Origin: Akkermansia muciniphila
GTDB lineage: Bacteria > Verrucomicrobiota > Verrucomicrobiia > Limisphaerales > UBA1100
Direction of reading: 5' to 3'
NCBI GenBank assembly: GCA_945903605.1
Contig: CAMDOH010000004.1
Location: forward strand, 2,593 to 66,592
Length of the DNA: 64,000 nucleotides
Below, in pieces: positions 17,715-27,013 of the stretch. The translations under genes and the position numbers were made by a program. Below the pieces are notes generated by a model. The model was not told the origin of the DNA, ran no database searches, and saw nothing but the letters and a program-made list of their open reading frames with translations. Position 1 is the first letter of the stretch; every line of letters begins with the position of its first letter.

Positions 17715-18424
17715 TGCCCTTGACCATTCATCGTTGCTCAAGGCCGCAAGAACTCGCGAGTGACGCCGCGCGCATGTGGCTTGACCTGTTGCGAATTCAT
17801 CCGCAGGGCAAAACTTTCACAGTCGCCCTTTCCGGTGGGCGCATTCCAAATTTGTTGTACGCAGCATTATTAGCATCCGATGAAAGACGATTGCTCGATC
17901 AAGTCGATTTCTTTTGGGGTGATGAGCGGTGCGTCCCGCCCAATCACGAAGAAAGTAATTACAAGCTGGCGGCCGAGAATCTATTGGTCCGGTTGCCATC
18001 GAGCAAGGAGAGGGTTCACAGATTGCGTGTCGAGCAAGGCGAAGAAATCGCGCTGGCGGAGGGAGAATCGGAACTGCGCCGGTCTGCAGATGAGAGTCCA
18101 TCGGGACAACCGATCTTCGATTTGATCCTGCTGGGGATGGGTGAAGATGGTCATGTCGCTTCCTTGTTTCCAAACGAGGACGAGTTGCTCGCTGGCAGTC
18201 CCGCAGTGTATCGCGCAGTGACGGGGCCGAAGCCGCCACCCCGCCGGATCACGCTCGGTTACGCGACCATTTCCAGTGCGCGGCGAGTGTGGGTGTTGGC
18301 GTCGGGTTCGGGCAAAGAAAATGCGCTTAGAAAATCCATTGCCGGTGATGGAAACACGCCACTGGCGCGAGTGCTGCGGTCGAGGGAGAACACGGACATT
18401 TTCACCGACATTGCACTGGCTTGA
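17714..18424 (+). CDS. pgl: 6-phosphogluconolactonase
   Basis: The ATG at 17714 overlaps the zwf stop (ATGA). The motifs ALSGGRIP, FWGDERCVP and LLGMGEDGHVASLFP are present. Confidence 0.9.
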   Translation: MPLTIHRCSRPQELASDAARMWLDLLRIHPQGKTFTVALSGGRIPNLLYAALLASDERRLLDQVDFFWGDERCVPPNHEESNYKLAAENLLVRLPSSKERVHRLRVEQGEEIALAEGESELRRSADESPSGQPIFDLILLGMGEDGHVASLFPNEDELLAGSPAVYRAVTGPKPPPRRITLGYATISSARRVWVLASGSGKENALRKSIAGDGNTPLARVLRSRENTDIFTDIALA

Positions 18425-18446
18425 TCGCGAGTAATGCGCTGGGTGA

Positions 18447-20054
18447 TCAGCGGCGGATGAGCTTGAGCGATTCGAGGTCGAACCAAGCCTCGCCTGTGCT
18501 GGAGATCAACTCGCAAACCAAGGAAACTTCCTGCATGCCGCCAACTGATATTTCGTATCGGAACGGTTGCCAGTCTTTCGAGCCGTCAATCTTCAGAGCG
18601 CGTTTTTGACCGGAGATTCGCAGGCCAGCGGCGGTGGAAAGATCGTCGGTTCCTTTGACATTGGCCGTGCGAACGCGGCCTTCAAAAAAGTAATTGCCCG
18701 GTGCGAGCAGTACATTTTTTCGCCACGAAACATTCGCTTCGCCCTCGACGCGAACATACAGTACGCCGCGTCCTTCAATCGAGCGTTTCGCATGAGTGGC
18801 GGTGCCGCTGACTATTTTGGGTTCCCAACCATTGGAAACGCGGGCTTGATTGTTATCGAACTTCAACGCGGCTGGCGGCGGTACGCCAAGCTGGTTTGCG
18901 ATCACATTGGCGCGCGCGGTGATGCGCTGTTTCAATCCTGCTGCATGACCGCGAAAATCACCGTGAGGCGCCAGTTTTTCCGCCATCTCGTCGATGCGTT
19001 CGCCGAGTATTTCAGGTCTGAAAACGTTGGTGTAAAGGCTGCCGACGACTTGCCGGTAGCGCGTTTTCCCCTCGGGCGTATTGAGGAGTTGGTTGGCCAC
19101 TGTGCCGCCGACGCCGCCAAATAAATTGAAGTTGGGATCGCCAAACATCTGGTCCATTCCCGAGGGCATCAAGTATGTCTTCTTCGCTACGGTGTCGGTG
19201 TAGATCCGATAATTGTTTCGGTTCTGACAGTAACCGTCCCAATGGGCCGTCATCAATTCGAGCGCGATGAATTTCAGGAAATGATCGATGTCGACGAGCG
19301 TGCTGATTTTCTCGAACCGCTTCTTCACATCGGGTTCATGGGCGGCCTGCCAAAGTGCTTTGAGTTCGGGTTGACCGAGATGGGGTGTGTTTGAAATCAC
19401 CTTCTTCTGGCCATCAAGATCCTGGCAAAATCCGCCATCGTACAAGATGCCATCGGGATTCTTGTAATGCCGCTTCACAAACGTGTGGTCAAATCCTTCG
19501 GTCAATGTGTAGAGGCCGAGGTTACGTCCGTTGAGGATGACGATGGCGTGGCTACCCCGACCCGCTGCAATTCCCGCATCGTTGAAGATGCTCCGACAAA
19601 TGGCTTCGTTGAGATAAGTGCCATCTTGAACAGAATTGTTCAGATGAATTTTATCCATGCCGTGGAAAACCTGGTTCTTGCGAAACTTGTCGAAGTTGAG
19701 CGAGAGCGCAGGCCGATCGTCCAATCCCCGGAAACTGCCGGCCGCTCCTTTAAGGTGCACGCCGACAAAATCGTAAACGCGCTTGTCATCCTCGCGCACG
19801 GTGCAGCGAACGTAGGCGCGGTTGTTCGCGCGCAGGTCATTCAAATCTTTGCCGGTAATCTCGATGACGATTTTCGGCACATGCCTCGCCGCAAAGAAGA
19901 TATCGCTCTCATCTGGTTTCGCGATTCCGATGGCGCCAGCGGCGAATGTCGAAAGGAGAAATGCAGTGGCCGTCGCTGCGCAGAGTGTGCGCATTTTATT
20001 CGGGCGCGTCGTTGTCATCACATTCAACATCGCCACAATCTTTCCAACTCGCAA
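18447..20054 (-). CDS. CotH kinase family protein, secreted, with a C-terminal beta-sandwich-like domain
   Basis: The maximal ORF starts at a TTG at 20054. In-frame ATGs at 20030, 20018 and 19994 precede the signal peptide MRTLCAATATAFLLSTFAAGA. CotH blocks seen are HLNNSVQDGTYLNEAICRSIFNDAGIAAGRGSHAIVILNGRNLGLYTLTEGFD and NNYRIYTD...PSGMDQMFG. Confidence 0.8.
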   Translation of the reverse strand: MRVGKIVAMLNVMTTTRPNKMRTLCAATATAFLLSTFAAGAIGIAKPDESDIFFAARHVPKIVIEITGKDLNDLRANNRAYVRCTVREDDKRVYDFVGVHLKGAAGSFRGLDDRPALSLNFDKFRKNQVFHGMDKIHLNNSVQDGTYLNEAICRSIFNDAGIAAGRGSHAIVILNGRNLGLYTLTEGFDHTFVKRHYKNPDGILYDGGFCQDLDGQKKVISNTPHLGQPELKALWQAAHEPDVKKRFEKISTLVDIDHFLKFIALELMTAHWDGYCQNRNNYRIYTDTVAKKTYLMPSGMDQMFGDPNFNLFGGVGGTVANQLLNTPEGKTRYRQVVGSLYTNVFRPEILGERIDEMAEKLAPHGDFRGHAAGLKQRITARANVIANQLGVPPPAALKFDNNQARVSNGWEPKIVSGTATHAKRSIEGRGVLYVRVEGEANVSWRKNVLLAPGNYFFEGRVRTANVKGTDDLSTAAGLRISGQKRALKIDGSKDWQPFRYEISVGGMQEVSLVCELISSTGEAWFDLESLKLIRR

Positions 20055-20057
20055 TGG

Positions 20058-20747
20058 TCAGAGTTCGGATTCGTCTTCAGCGCGGATGGTGGAGACTTGG
20101 GCCACTCCCTCCATGCCGTTCAATTCCGCCACCATTTCGGCGGCGCGATTCGGGTCTCGCATCAACAGTCGGTACGAGAGATCGGTTGCCTGATATCCAT
20201 CGTAACCCCGCTGGCTGGCAGTTTGAATCTTTCGTGCGTGCCGTCGGAGCAGCCCCATCAAGCCCGGCAGATCTTCGATCGGTCGTTGCCATTGCAGATT
20301 CACAATCAGGTCGTACCGATGCCGAGTGCCGAATCCACAGCTCCACAAATAGAACAGCACGGTCGCGACGGTCATCGTACCGATGAGCGCCGTGGAAAAT
20401 CGCTGTGTGCCGCAAGCCATGCCCACGACGATTCCAAGCAGCACGTAGGAAGTGTCCAATGTGTCGCGAAGGACGTTTCTGAATCGCACGATGGCGAACA
20501 CCGCCAACAGGCCAAACGCTGTGATCATGTTGTTCGCCAGCACCACCATCACCACCGAAACGATGATGGGTGTGACGACGAGCGAGTTCACGAACGAGCG
20601 GGAATAGGAAAGCCCTGTGTGCGTGAGCATGTACACCCAAGCGACCAGTTGGCCGAGCAGGAAGGAGAGCAGCATGCCGAGCAGCAAGGCCGACAAATTG
20701 ACTGGCGCGAGGGTGTGGTCGCCACGAAATAAGAACCATTCATTCAT
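20058..20747 (-). CDS. DUF4956-like integral membrane protein
   Basis: 229 aa. There are 4-5 TM helices, including the RFRN motif (AIVRFRNVLRDTLDTSYVL). The soluble C-terminal domain is ACT-like. The start overlaps the upstream VTC gene stop (ATGA). Confidence 0.7.
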   Translation of the reverse strand: MNEWFLFRGDHTLAPVNLSALLLGMLLSFLLGQLVAWVYMLTHTGLSYSRSFVNSLVVTPIIVSVVMVVLANNMITAFGLLAVFAIVRFRNVLRDTLDTSYVLLGIVVGMACGTQRFSTALIGTMTVATVLFYLWSCGFGTRHRYDLIVNLQWQRPIEDLPGLMGLLRRHARKIQTASQRGYDGYQATDLSYRLLMRDPNRAAEMVAELNGMEGVAQVSTIRAEDESEL

Positions 20748-21553
20748 GATAAAATCTCTTTAGGTTGGAGTAGTTGATCGAGTGAGCGTTGCCGCGCTTC
20801 AGCCGCCGGACTGAATGGAGCTTCACCGAGCGCTGTAAGGCCGTCCACATATTTCGCCGCTGAACATTGGCGGAAACCGTGGGCGCGCGCCAGTTCCGCG
20901 AACCACAACGGGAACCGCCCGGTGTATTTCAATTCGACCACGCAGAATTTGCCGAAGACGTGAATGGCGCGGCGCGGTGTCGTGTCCAGCGCGAGCGAAG
21001 AATGCGGGGCGCAAGTCACATTGCGATCGATGGTCACGCGCAGGCCATTGTTTTCCGGATGAATCCACGCCTCGCGCAAATAGGAGACGCGCGCTTTGGG
21101 TTGCAAACAGCGCTCTTTGGTGAGGCGTACAAATTGTCTCAGTGCGGCGACATGTTTGGGTTCGTTCAACACGAGCAAATCATCCGATGGCAATGCGCCG
21201 GCCATGACCAGCGCAACGGTCTCGCGTTTCACGGCTCCGCGTTGTTTGAGGATGGCGTCGTTCTGCCGACGCTTGATTTCAAAAAAAACTGGCGACCCCG
21301 GCAAATCGTCGTAATAGCGCAGCCGAAGTTTGAATCGGTTTTTGTTGCCGTTGACAGTCTCCCAGTACAATCCGAGTTGAGGCGAGTCGAGGTACAGGCT
21401 GTGGATGGGGTAGGAAAAATTCGGCTTGTTCAATCCGTTCGGGTCGAGTTTGAGAATGGAACTGACGAACTTGCGCACGCCTTCCGCCGTCCGTTCGGAG
21501 ACAAGGTACTTCAGCTCAAAGCGCTGGGTTTGCAACTGATCAGTAATCTTCAT
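20744..21553 (-). CDS. VTC-domain (polyphosphate polymerase / triphosphate-tunnel) protein
   Basis: 269 aa. The start QRFELKYLVSE..., then SLYLDSPQLGLYWETVNGNKNRFKLRLRYY and VELKYTG strands, resemble the Vtc4-type catalytic tunnel domain (PF09359-like). Confidence 0.7.
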   Translation of the reverse strand: MKITDQLQTQRFELKYLVSERTAEGVRKFVSSILKLDPNGLNKPNFSYPIHSLYLDSPQLGLYWETVNGNKNRFKLRLRYYDDLPGSPVFFEIKRRQNDAILKQRGAVKRETVALVMAGALPSDDLLVLNEPKHVAALRQFVRLTKERCLQPKARVSYLREAWIHPENNGLRVTIDRNVTCAPHSSLALDTTPRRAIHVFGKFCVVELKYTGRFPLWFAELARAHGFRQCSAAKYVDGLTALGEAPFSPAAEARQRSLDQLLQPKEILS

Positions 21554-21689
21554 CTATTAATTCAGAAACGCCGACGCAGCGACGAGATTCATCATTCAAT
21601 AAAAACTATCTCAACTGAGTTTAGAATCCACTTAATTTATATCGAACAAGCTTGTAATGACTTTTGCGTGCTCCTAAATTCTGCGCCCA

Positions 21690-22439
21690 ATGTCCGACGT
21701 ACTTGAACCCATTCCAACGCCACCAGGCCGATTAGTGCGCGACATCGTTCAGCGAGTCGTGCCGCCGCTCGTGTTCTTTCTGGTTTTCATTATCGTCATC
21801 AAACTTTGGACTGGGCGGATGGGGCCGACGACCATCCCTGTGGAAGTGGACACGATTAAAGCCGTGATCACTGCGCCGCAACCGGGACTTGTGTTGTCGA
21901 TGCGCGTGCGCGATTTGCAGGAAGTCGAGCAGAACGACATTCTTGGGCAAATCATTCTCGCCGACCAAAAGACCGTTGTTGAATTCAAGGCGCCGATGAA
22001 AGGGCGGGTCGGAATCTTGAACAAGGGCGCTGGCGAAACCGTTCAGGCGGGCGACGACTTGATGACCATCGCCGCGCCGAAAGCCGATCGCATGATCGGT
22101 TATCTGCGTCAGCCGATTTCCGTCGAGATTCAGACAAACCAATTCGTCAGCGTCCGCTCCCGCTCGCTCGGGCAACAAATGGGGACTGCGCGCATCACCA
22201 AGATTGGAACGGAATTATTGCCCATCCGGAAATCACTCCTGCCGACGGCACACGATCGCGATGAGGTGGGACTGCCAATTTTCTTCACCGTGCCGACAAA
22301 TCTCGTGCTCTATCCGGGTGAGATTGTGGACGTCACATTTCTACCGGTCGAACCACCGAAGGCATCGTCCGACGAAGTGCCGGGGAAACCTCCTGCCGGT
22401 ACAAACGCACCGGCGACCAACAAGCCCGCCGGCAAATAG
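21690..22439 (+). CDS. Membrane-anchored HlyD/barrel-sandwich-like protein (no coiled-coil hairpin)
   Basis: 249 aa with an N-terminal TM helix. A lipoyl-like hairpin is present (ITAPQPGLVLSMRV...FKAPMKGRVGILNKGAGETVQAGDDLMTIA). A beta-barrel-like segment and a Pro-rich tail follow. Confidence 0.55.
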   Translation: MSDVLEPIPTPPGRLVRDIVQRVVPPLVFFLVFIIVIKLWTGRMGPTTIPVEVDTIKAVITAPQPGLVLSMRVRDLQEVEQNDILGQIILADQKTVVEFKAPMKGRVGILNKGAGETVQAGDDLMTIAAPKADRMIGYLRQPISVEIQTNQFVSVRSRSLGQQMGTARITKIGTELLPIRKSLLPTAHDRDEVGLPIFFTVPTNLVLYPGEIVDVTFLPVEPPKASSDEVPGKPPAGTNAPATNKPAGK

Positions 22440-22450
22440 CAGTCGCCCTG

Positions 22451-25400
22451 TCACTTCATTTTTGTGATCCATTCCACGAGGAGTTGGATCCAATCCGCAT
22501 CAAGTCCTTGCGCGCCCACTGGGGGCATTTTGCCCACTCCCGTGCCGGCGATGCGCTGAAACATCACAGAATTTTCCACATGGCCTGGAGCGATGATGCG
22601 CGGATCGGGCAGGTTGTAATTATTGTGGATGGGCGGAACATTGATGGTGCGTGTCTTTGAAAGCAGAGTGCGGAACTCCAATTCCATCGCGGCATTGCCT
22701 CCGCCCGCTTCAACGTGGCAATGGCTGCAGTTGGCATGCAAGTAGGAGCGCACGCGCGCGGTGAGGTCCTGCGTGGCGTCGTACGGATTGACGAGTCGCC
22801 GCATGTTTTCCGGATTGCGCGGGAGGAACGACCGTGTCTCCGGCGATGAACGCTGGCCATTGACTTGGCCGATCTTATTCCAGGCGGCGTCGATGTCGGC
22901 CGTCCCCTTCGCAGTTTGTTCCTCGCCGAACCGTTCGCGTTCATAACTTTTCCAGTCACCTCGGAAGACACCGAGTTTTTCCAGCACTTCAAGTTGGTTG
23001 GCTTTGTAGCCGCCGTAATCGTGTTCCTTGTTGAACTGCCATTCATTGAATCCGAGAGCGTAAATGGCGGCGCGGCTATGGCAGACCATGCAATCGGCTC
23101 GCGAGGGAATGCGCCACGGAGTGCGTTGTGGGTTGCCTGCGGCGTCGGCGAGCATGAGTTCGCGGTCTGCTCCCGCCTTGTCCACGAGAGTGGCATCGGT
23201 TTGCGCGGCGTTCCATTCATACGAATAACCCGCCCATTCATTTTGTTGTTTTGCGAGAATGCGCGATTCGATGCGTCGTGATTTGCCGCCAGAGGGCAGG
23301 CTGAGTGTTTGAAGAATCACGGTGCCTTCGGGAAGGTTCCAGCCACGGAAATGTGTGAATTCGATGAGGCCGTTGGTGCCCGGTGGCAATGCCAGATATT
23401 GCTCCTTCGTGGCACCATCGACCCAGTGCGGTGCGTTGACAGAGTACGGAATGAGCGCTGGTTGCAGCTGGTGATCGGCCACGGAAGTGAAGAGGCCCGT
23501 CTCGCTCAACTTGCGCGGGAATTTGGCCGTGTCCGATTTCTCGGTGTTCGGGCGCAGATAATGGAAACCACTGTTGTCGTCGATGACGAGCAGGTTTCCG
23601 CGTGTGTCTTGACCGAATCCAGTGATGGCAAAAGGCGTGTCGACCAATTCACGGTGTTGGAGAAGTTTTTTTCCGTCGTGGAGCGCGCCCCAAATCTTGC
23701 CGGTGGAATAATCGCCATAGGTGTAATGGCCGTTCAAATCGGGCAGGTTTTTCCCGTAGTAAACAACGCCGCCCGTCAGAGAGCGCGACTCGGAATGATT
23801 ATGTTCAAGCGTCGGTTTGGTGAGTTTGCCCGGCCCGAGTTTGCGGTTCTCGTAGAAAGGGTGGCTGCCCTCGTACACGCTCCATCCGTAGTTCGCGCCA
23901 CGTTCGACCTGCTTTACCGATTCCCAAAGATCCTGTCCATTTTCGCCGACCCAGATTTGGCCGGTCTTCGCATCGCAAGTGATTCGCCATGGATTGCGGA
24001 AGCCGTGCGCCCAAGTTTCCGGCCGGGCATTGGGAGTATCGAGAAACGGATTATCCTTCGGCACGCTGTAGAATTTTCCCGTCGGCGGGTTGTCGACATC
24101 AATGCGCAACACTTTGGAGAGTAATAAATCGATGCGCTGGCCGGTCACATTCGTATCCGAATCGCTCGTGCCATCGCCGGAAGTGATGTAGAGCATTCCG
24201 TCATTCCCGAAAATGGCGTCGGCACCGTTGTGTCCGTCCGATTCCCATTCGATAATGAGCTGGCGCGATTGGGGGGCGACCGTGTACGGCTCCTTCCGAT
24301 CCATCGTCCATCGCGTGACACGCGTGTGTTTTTTTCCATTCGCACCCGCTCCATTGCCGGCGATGTAGATGTGCCCATTCGCATCAAACTTCGGATGAAA
24401 AGCCATTCCGTACGAAAGTTCGTTGGTGAGAGCGAGTGCCAGTTTTTTCTGTGTGACGCCGGGGTCATCCTTGAAAATCCAGAATTGGCTGGAACCTGAT
24501 GGCGACGCGCGGTCGATGTAAACCAGATGATCTGTGCCGGGCAACTGGCGCAGCAACATGGCGTTTTTGATTTCCAATTTTGGAAACGCACGTTCAGTTT
24601 TATAGGGCGAGGGAGGCTCGGGTGAGCCGGCGATTTTTGATGTCGTCAGTGGCAGTCGTCGCAACGGGCCTGCGGCACCGATTTGTTGGCCGACGAATTT
24701 GATCGGCGCGTAATTTTCGTGTTGGTGATAATCCACGCGCGAGAGCGGCGCGGTTGTCGAGAGGTCGGGGTTTTCCCATTCCACAGAATAGTCGTATCGG
24801 CAGAGAGCAAACCGCCACTCTTCGTTGGTGGCGGGGCGTCCGCCAGTCGGCATAAAATCGCGCCACGGTATTCGACCTTCGACAGACCAACCCGTGTCGC
24901 GGTCCCGCCATTGATTGAGCGTGCCGCGATGAACGACTTTCGATTCGATGTGAAACTCCTGATCGTTGCGGAGGCGATCCACGAGCCACGAGGCGCGTCG
25001 CGGCAGAAACAGATCGAACTGCGTATTGGCGGCGTTGACCTGAAATTCATAATAGCCGGGCTTGTCCAATGCGGGCTTGAAGAACAATTCGAACACATCG
25101 TTGTTCCATGTGTTGCCGTCTTTGGTGGTGATGTCGGCGTAGAGATCGCGGTCCTCCATCTCGGCGTGGAAATAGAGAAACTCGCGATCCCAAAGCAGGC
25201 GTGCGGTGGTGCGAGTTTTCGCGGGTGGAGAATTGGTGGCCCATGGAGCGAGGAACCGAGTGATTGTCTGCGCGTTTTTCCAGGCGGGTTCGTCAGCATT
25301 GCCGTCCACAGTGATGCGGCCTTCGGCCCAACGACATTCGACGGCAGGCGGCAAGACAAGTGGTTTGGCGGGTGCTGGCTCCGTTTTCGCCGCTGGCTTC

Positions 25401-25519
25401 GGCTTCTTTTCGTCCACCGATTCGCAGGCGGTGATCAAGAAAACAGCTGCGGCGATAACGGCGAGGGTGGAAGTGGCGGTCGAGAAATAGTGGGGTGGAG
25501 TCGTACGAGATGATCTCAT
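22451..25519 (-). CDS. Multidomain lipoprotein: CBM9/DOMON-like + PQQ-dependent sugar dehydrogenase beta-propeller + cytochrome c-like domains
   Basis: I prefer the ATG at 25519, which gives the signal STLAVIAAAVFLITAC. The CBM9-like block is DGNADEPAWKNA...LLWDREFLYF. The SGDH-like blocks are HNGADAIFGNDGMLYITSGDG and WAHGFRNPWRITCDAKTGQIWVGENGQD...GANYGWS. The heme motifs are CMVCH and CSHCH. Confidence 0.8.
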   Translation of the reverse strand: MRSSRTTPPHYFSTATSTLAVIAAAVFLITACESVDEKKPKPAAKTEPAPAKPLVLPPAVECRWAEGRITVDGNADEPAWKNAQTITRFLAPWATNSPPAKTRTTARLLWDREFLYFHAEMEDRDLYADITTKDGNTWNNDVFELFFKPALDKPGYYEFQVNAANTQFDLFLPRRASWLVDRLRNDQEFHIESKVVHRGTLNQWRDRDTGWSVEGRIPWRDFMPTGGRPATNEEWRFALCRYDYSVEWENPDLSTTAPLSRVDYHQHENYAPIKFVGQQIGAAGPLRRLPLTTSKIAGSPEPPSPYKTERAFPKLEIKNAMLLRQLPGTDHLVYIDRASPSGSSQFWIFKDDPGVTQKKLALALTNELSYGMAFHPKFDANGHIYIAGNGAGANGKKHTRVTRWTMDRKEPYTVAPQSRQLIIEWESDGHNGADAIFGNDGMLYITSGDGTSDSDTNVTGQRIDLLLSKVLRIDVDNPPTGKFYSVPKDNPFLDTPNARPETWAHGFRNPWRITCDAKTGQIWVGENGQDLWESVKQVERGANYGWSVYEGSHPFYENRKLGPGKLTKPTLEHNHSESRSLTGGVVYYGKNLPDLNGHYTYGDYSTGKIWGALHDGKKLLQHRELVDTPFAITGFGQDTRGNLLVIDDNSGFHYLRPNTEKSDTAKFPRKLSETGLFTSVADHQLQPALIPYSVNAPHWVDGATKEQYLALPPGTNGLIEFTHFRGWNLPEGTVILQTLSLPSGGKSRRIESRILAKQQNEWAGYSYEWNAAQTDATLVDKAGADRELMLADAAGNPQRTPWRIPSRADCMVCHSRAAIYALGFNEWQFNKEHDYGGYKANQLEVLEKLGVFRGDWKSYERERFGEEQTAKGTADIDAAWNKIGQVNGQRSSPETRSFLPRNPENMRRLVNPYDATQDLTARVRSYLHANCSHCHVEAGGGNAAMELEFRTLLSKTRTINVPPIHNNYNLPDPRIIAPGHVENSVMFQRIAGTGVGKMPPVGAQGLDADWIQLLVEWITKMK

Positions 25520-25644
25520 GGAGTGCGCGAATTCTACGAGGCTGCGGCGCGGGCAGCAATCCCATTCGCGTGAGAGTGAAGTGTGTGGCACAACGCTTTC
25601 ACTTGCGTCCATCGGCAGGGGACATATCTTCAGCCGAACCCGAT

Positions 25645-26556
25645 ATGAAAAAGCCGATTCACTTCGCATTGTTTCCACTATTATTTGTAGCCTGCGTGTC
25701 TCCGACGGGGAGCGATTCAAAGGATGTGTTGTACAAGGCGCGTCCGCACACACCGCCCAAATCATTCACGCCCGGTATCGAAGGGCCGGGATGCGACAAG
25801 GCTGGGAATGTTTACGCCGTCAATTTTGCCAGGCAACAGACCATCGGCAAAACTGCGCCGAACGGGAAGTCGGAGGTCTTCGTTGTGTTGCCCGGAAAAA
25901 GCACTGGCAACGGCATCGTGTTCGATCCAGCCGGTTGGATGTACGTGGCCGATTATGTCGGGCACAACGTCCTGCGAGTGGACATGAAGACGAAAGTAGT
26001 GGAGGTGTACGCTCATAATCCGGCGATGAATCAGCCCAACGATCTGACCATTGCGCCCGACGGAACATTATTTGCGAGCGATCCGAATTGGGGAAACAAC
26101 ACCGGCCAACTCTGGCGCATCGACCCCAATGGATTGACCACGCGCTTGGCGGAGAACATGGGAACGACCAATGGCATCGAAGTCAGTCCCGATGGCCGCA
26201 CGTTGTACGTCAATGAAAGCAGACAGCTCAATCTTTGGGCCTTCGATATCACGGCCGAAAAGACCCTCGCTAACAAGCGGCTGCTGCGAAAATTTGAGGA
26301 TCACGGATTCGACGGGATGCGCTGCGACGTCGCAGGCAACCTGTATATCACGCGGTACGGAAAAGGAGTTGTGGCCGTGGTTTCGCCGAAGGGAGAATTG
26401 CTGCGCGAGATTGATGTGCTCGGCAAACAGCCATCGAACATTTGTTTTGGCGGGCCAGATGGGCGTACCGTTTATGTCACCGAAGTCGAACACGCCCGTC
26501 TGGTTTCATTCCGCGTCGAGACGCCCGGACTCGCTTGGAAACGCTGGCAGAAGTGA
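25645..26556 (+). CDS. SMP-30/gluconolactonase/LRE family lipoprotein
   Basis: I prefer the ATG at 25645, which gives MKKPIHFALFPLLFVACVS. Six-bladed propeller blocks include PNDLTIAPDGTLFASDP, TNGIEVSPDGRTLYV and PSNICFGGPDGRTVYVT. Confidence 0.85.
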   Translation: MKKPIHFALFPLLFVACVSPTGSDSKDVLYKARPHTPPKSFTPGIEGPGCDKAGNVYAVNFARQQTIGKTAPNGKSEVFVVLPGKSTGNGIVFDPAGWMYVADYVGHNVLRVDMKTKVVEVYAHNPAMNQPNDLTIAPDGTLFASDPNWGNNTGQLWRIDPNGLTTRLAENMGTTNGIEVSPDGRTLYVNESRQLNLWAFDITAEKTLANKRLLRKFEDHGFDGMRCDVAGNLYITRYGKGVVAVVSPKGELLREIDVLGKQPSNICFGGPDGRTVYVTEVEHARLVSFRVETPGLAWKRWQK

Positions 26557-26928
26557 TCACGCCGTTGGCGCCGTGCAAAGCTCGATGGTGTGGCCATCGG
26601 GGTCTTTGACGTAGATTTGAAACGCGCCGTCTGGCCGCAGTCGGCGCGGCAGATATTCCTGACCGATGGATTGCAGGTGTTTTTCCCACGCGTCCATGTC
26701 GTCGATCAATAGCGCGTAATGATTCCCACGATTGCCGGAATGGACGGATTCTTTTCGCCCGCCGATCAGGTGCAATTCCTGTGCGGTGCCGAGCCGATAC
26801 CACGCGCCGGGAAAAGTAAATGTCGGCCGTGTCATCGAGCGCAGATGCAACACGTGTTCGTAAAAACGACAGCTCGCGTCCACATCCGCCACATGAAGCG
26901 CCACATGATTCAGGTCGCGATGTTCCAT
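26557..26928 (-). CDS. VOC family protein (glyoxalase/bleomycin resistance/dioxygenase fold)
   Basis: 123 aa. The blocks LNHVALHVADVDASCRFYEHVL and HYALLIDDMDAWEKHL...VKDPDGHTIEL are characteristic. Confidence 0.85.
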   Translation of the reverse strand: MEHRDLNHVALHVADVDASCRFYEHVLHLRSMTRPTFTFPGAWYRLGTAQELHLIGGRKESVHSGNRGNHYALLIDDMDAWEKHLQSIGQEYLPRRLRPDGAFQIYVKDPDGHTIELCTAPTA

Positions 26929-27013
26929 TCGCGAATTGAACGTGGGCGGTCACCGCAATGCCAGCCCAAAGTCGCGTGCTTGCTCTGGGTGTCGTGAAGC
27001 GGCATATTGCTGC

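Noticed and set aside
19467-20732. 421-aa plus-strand ORF spanning the CotH/DUF4956 junction
   Set aside because: It is antisense to two recognisable genes and crosses their boundary. Its composition is His/Arg-rich with no motif.
23309-25513. ORFs 23309..24124(+) and 24683..25513(+) inside the PQQ-dehydrogenase fusion gene
   Set aside because: These are antisense shadows of a 1022-aa gene with clear domain motifs.
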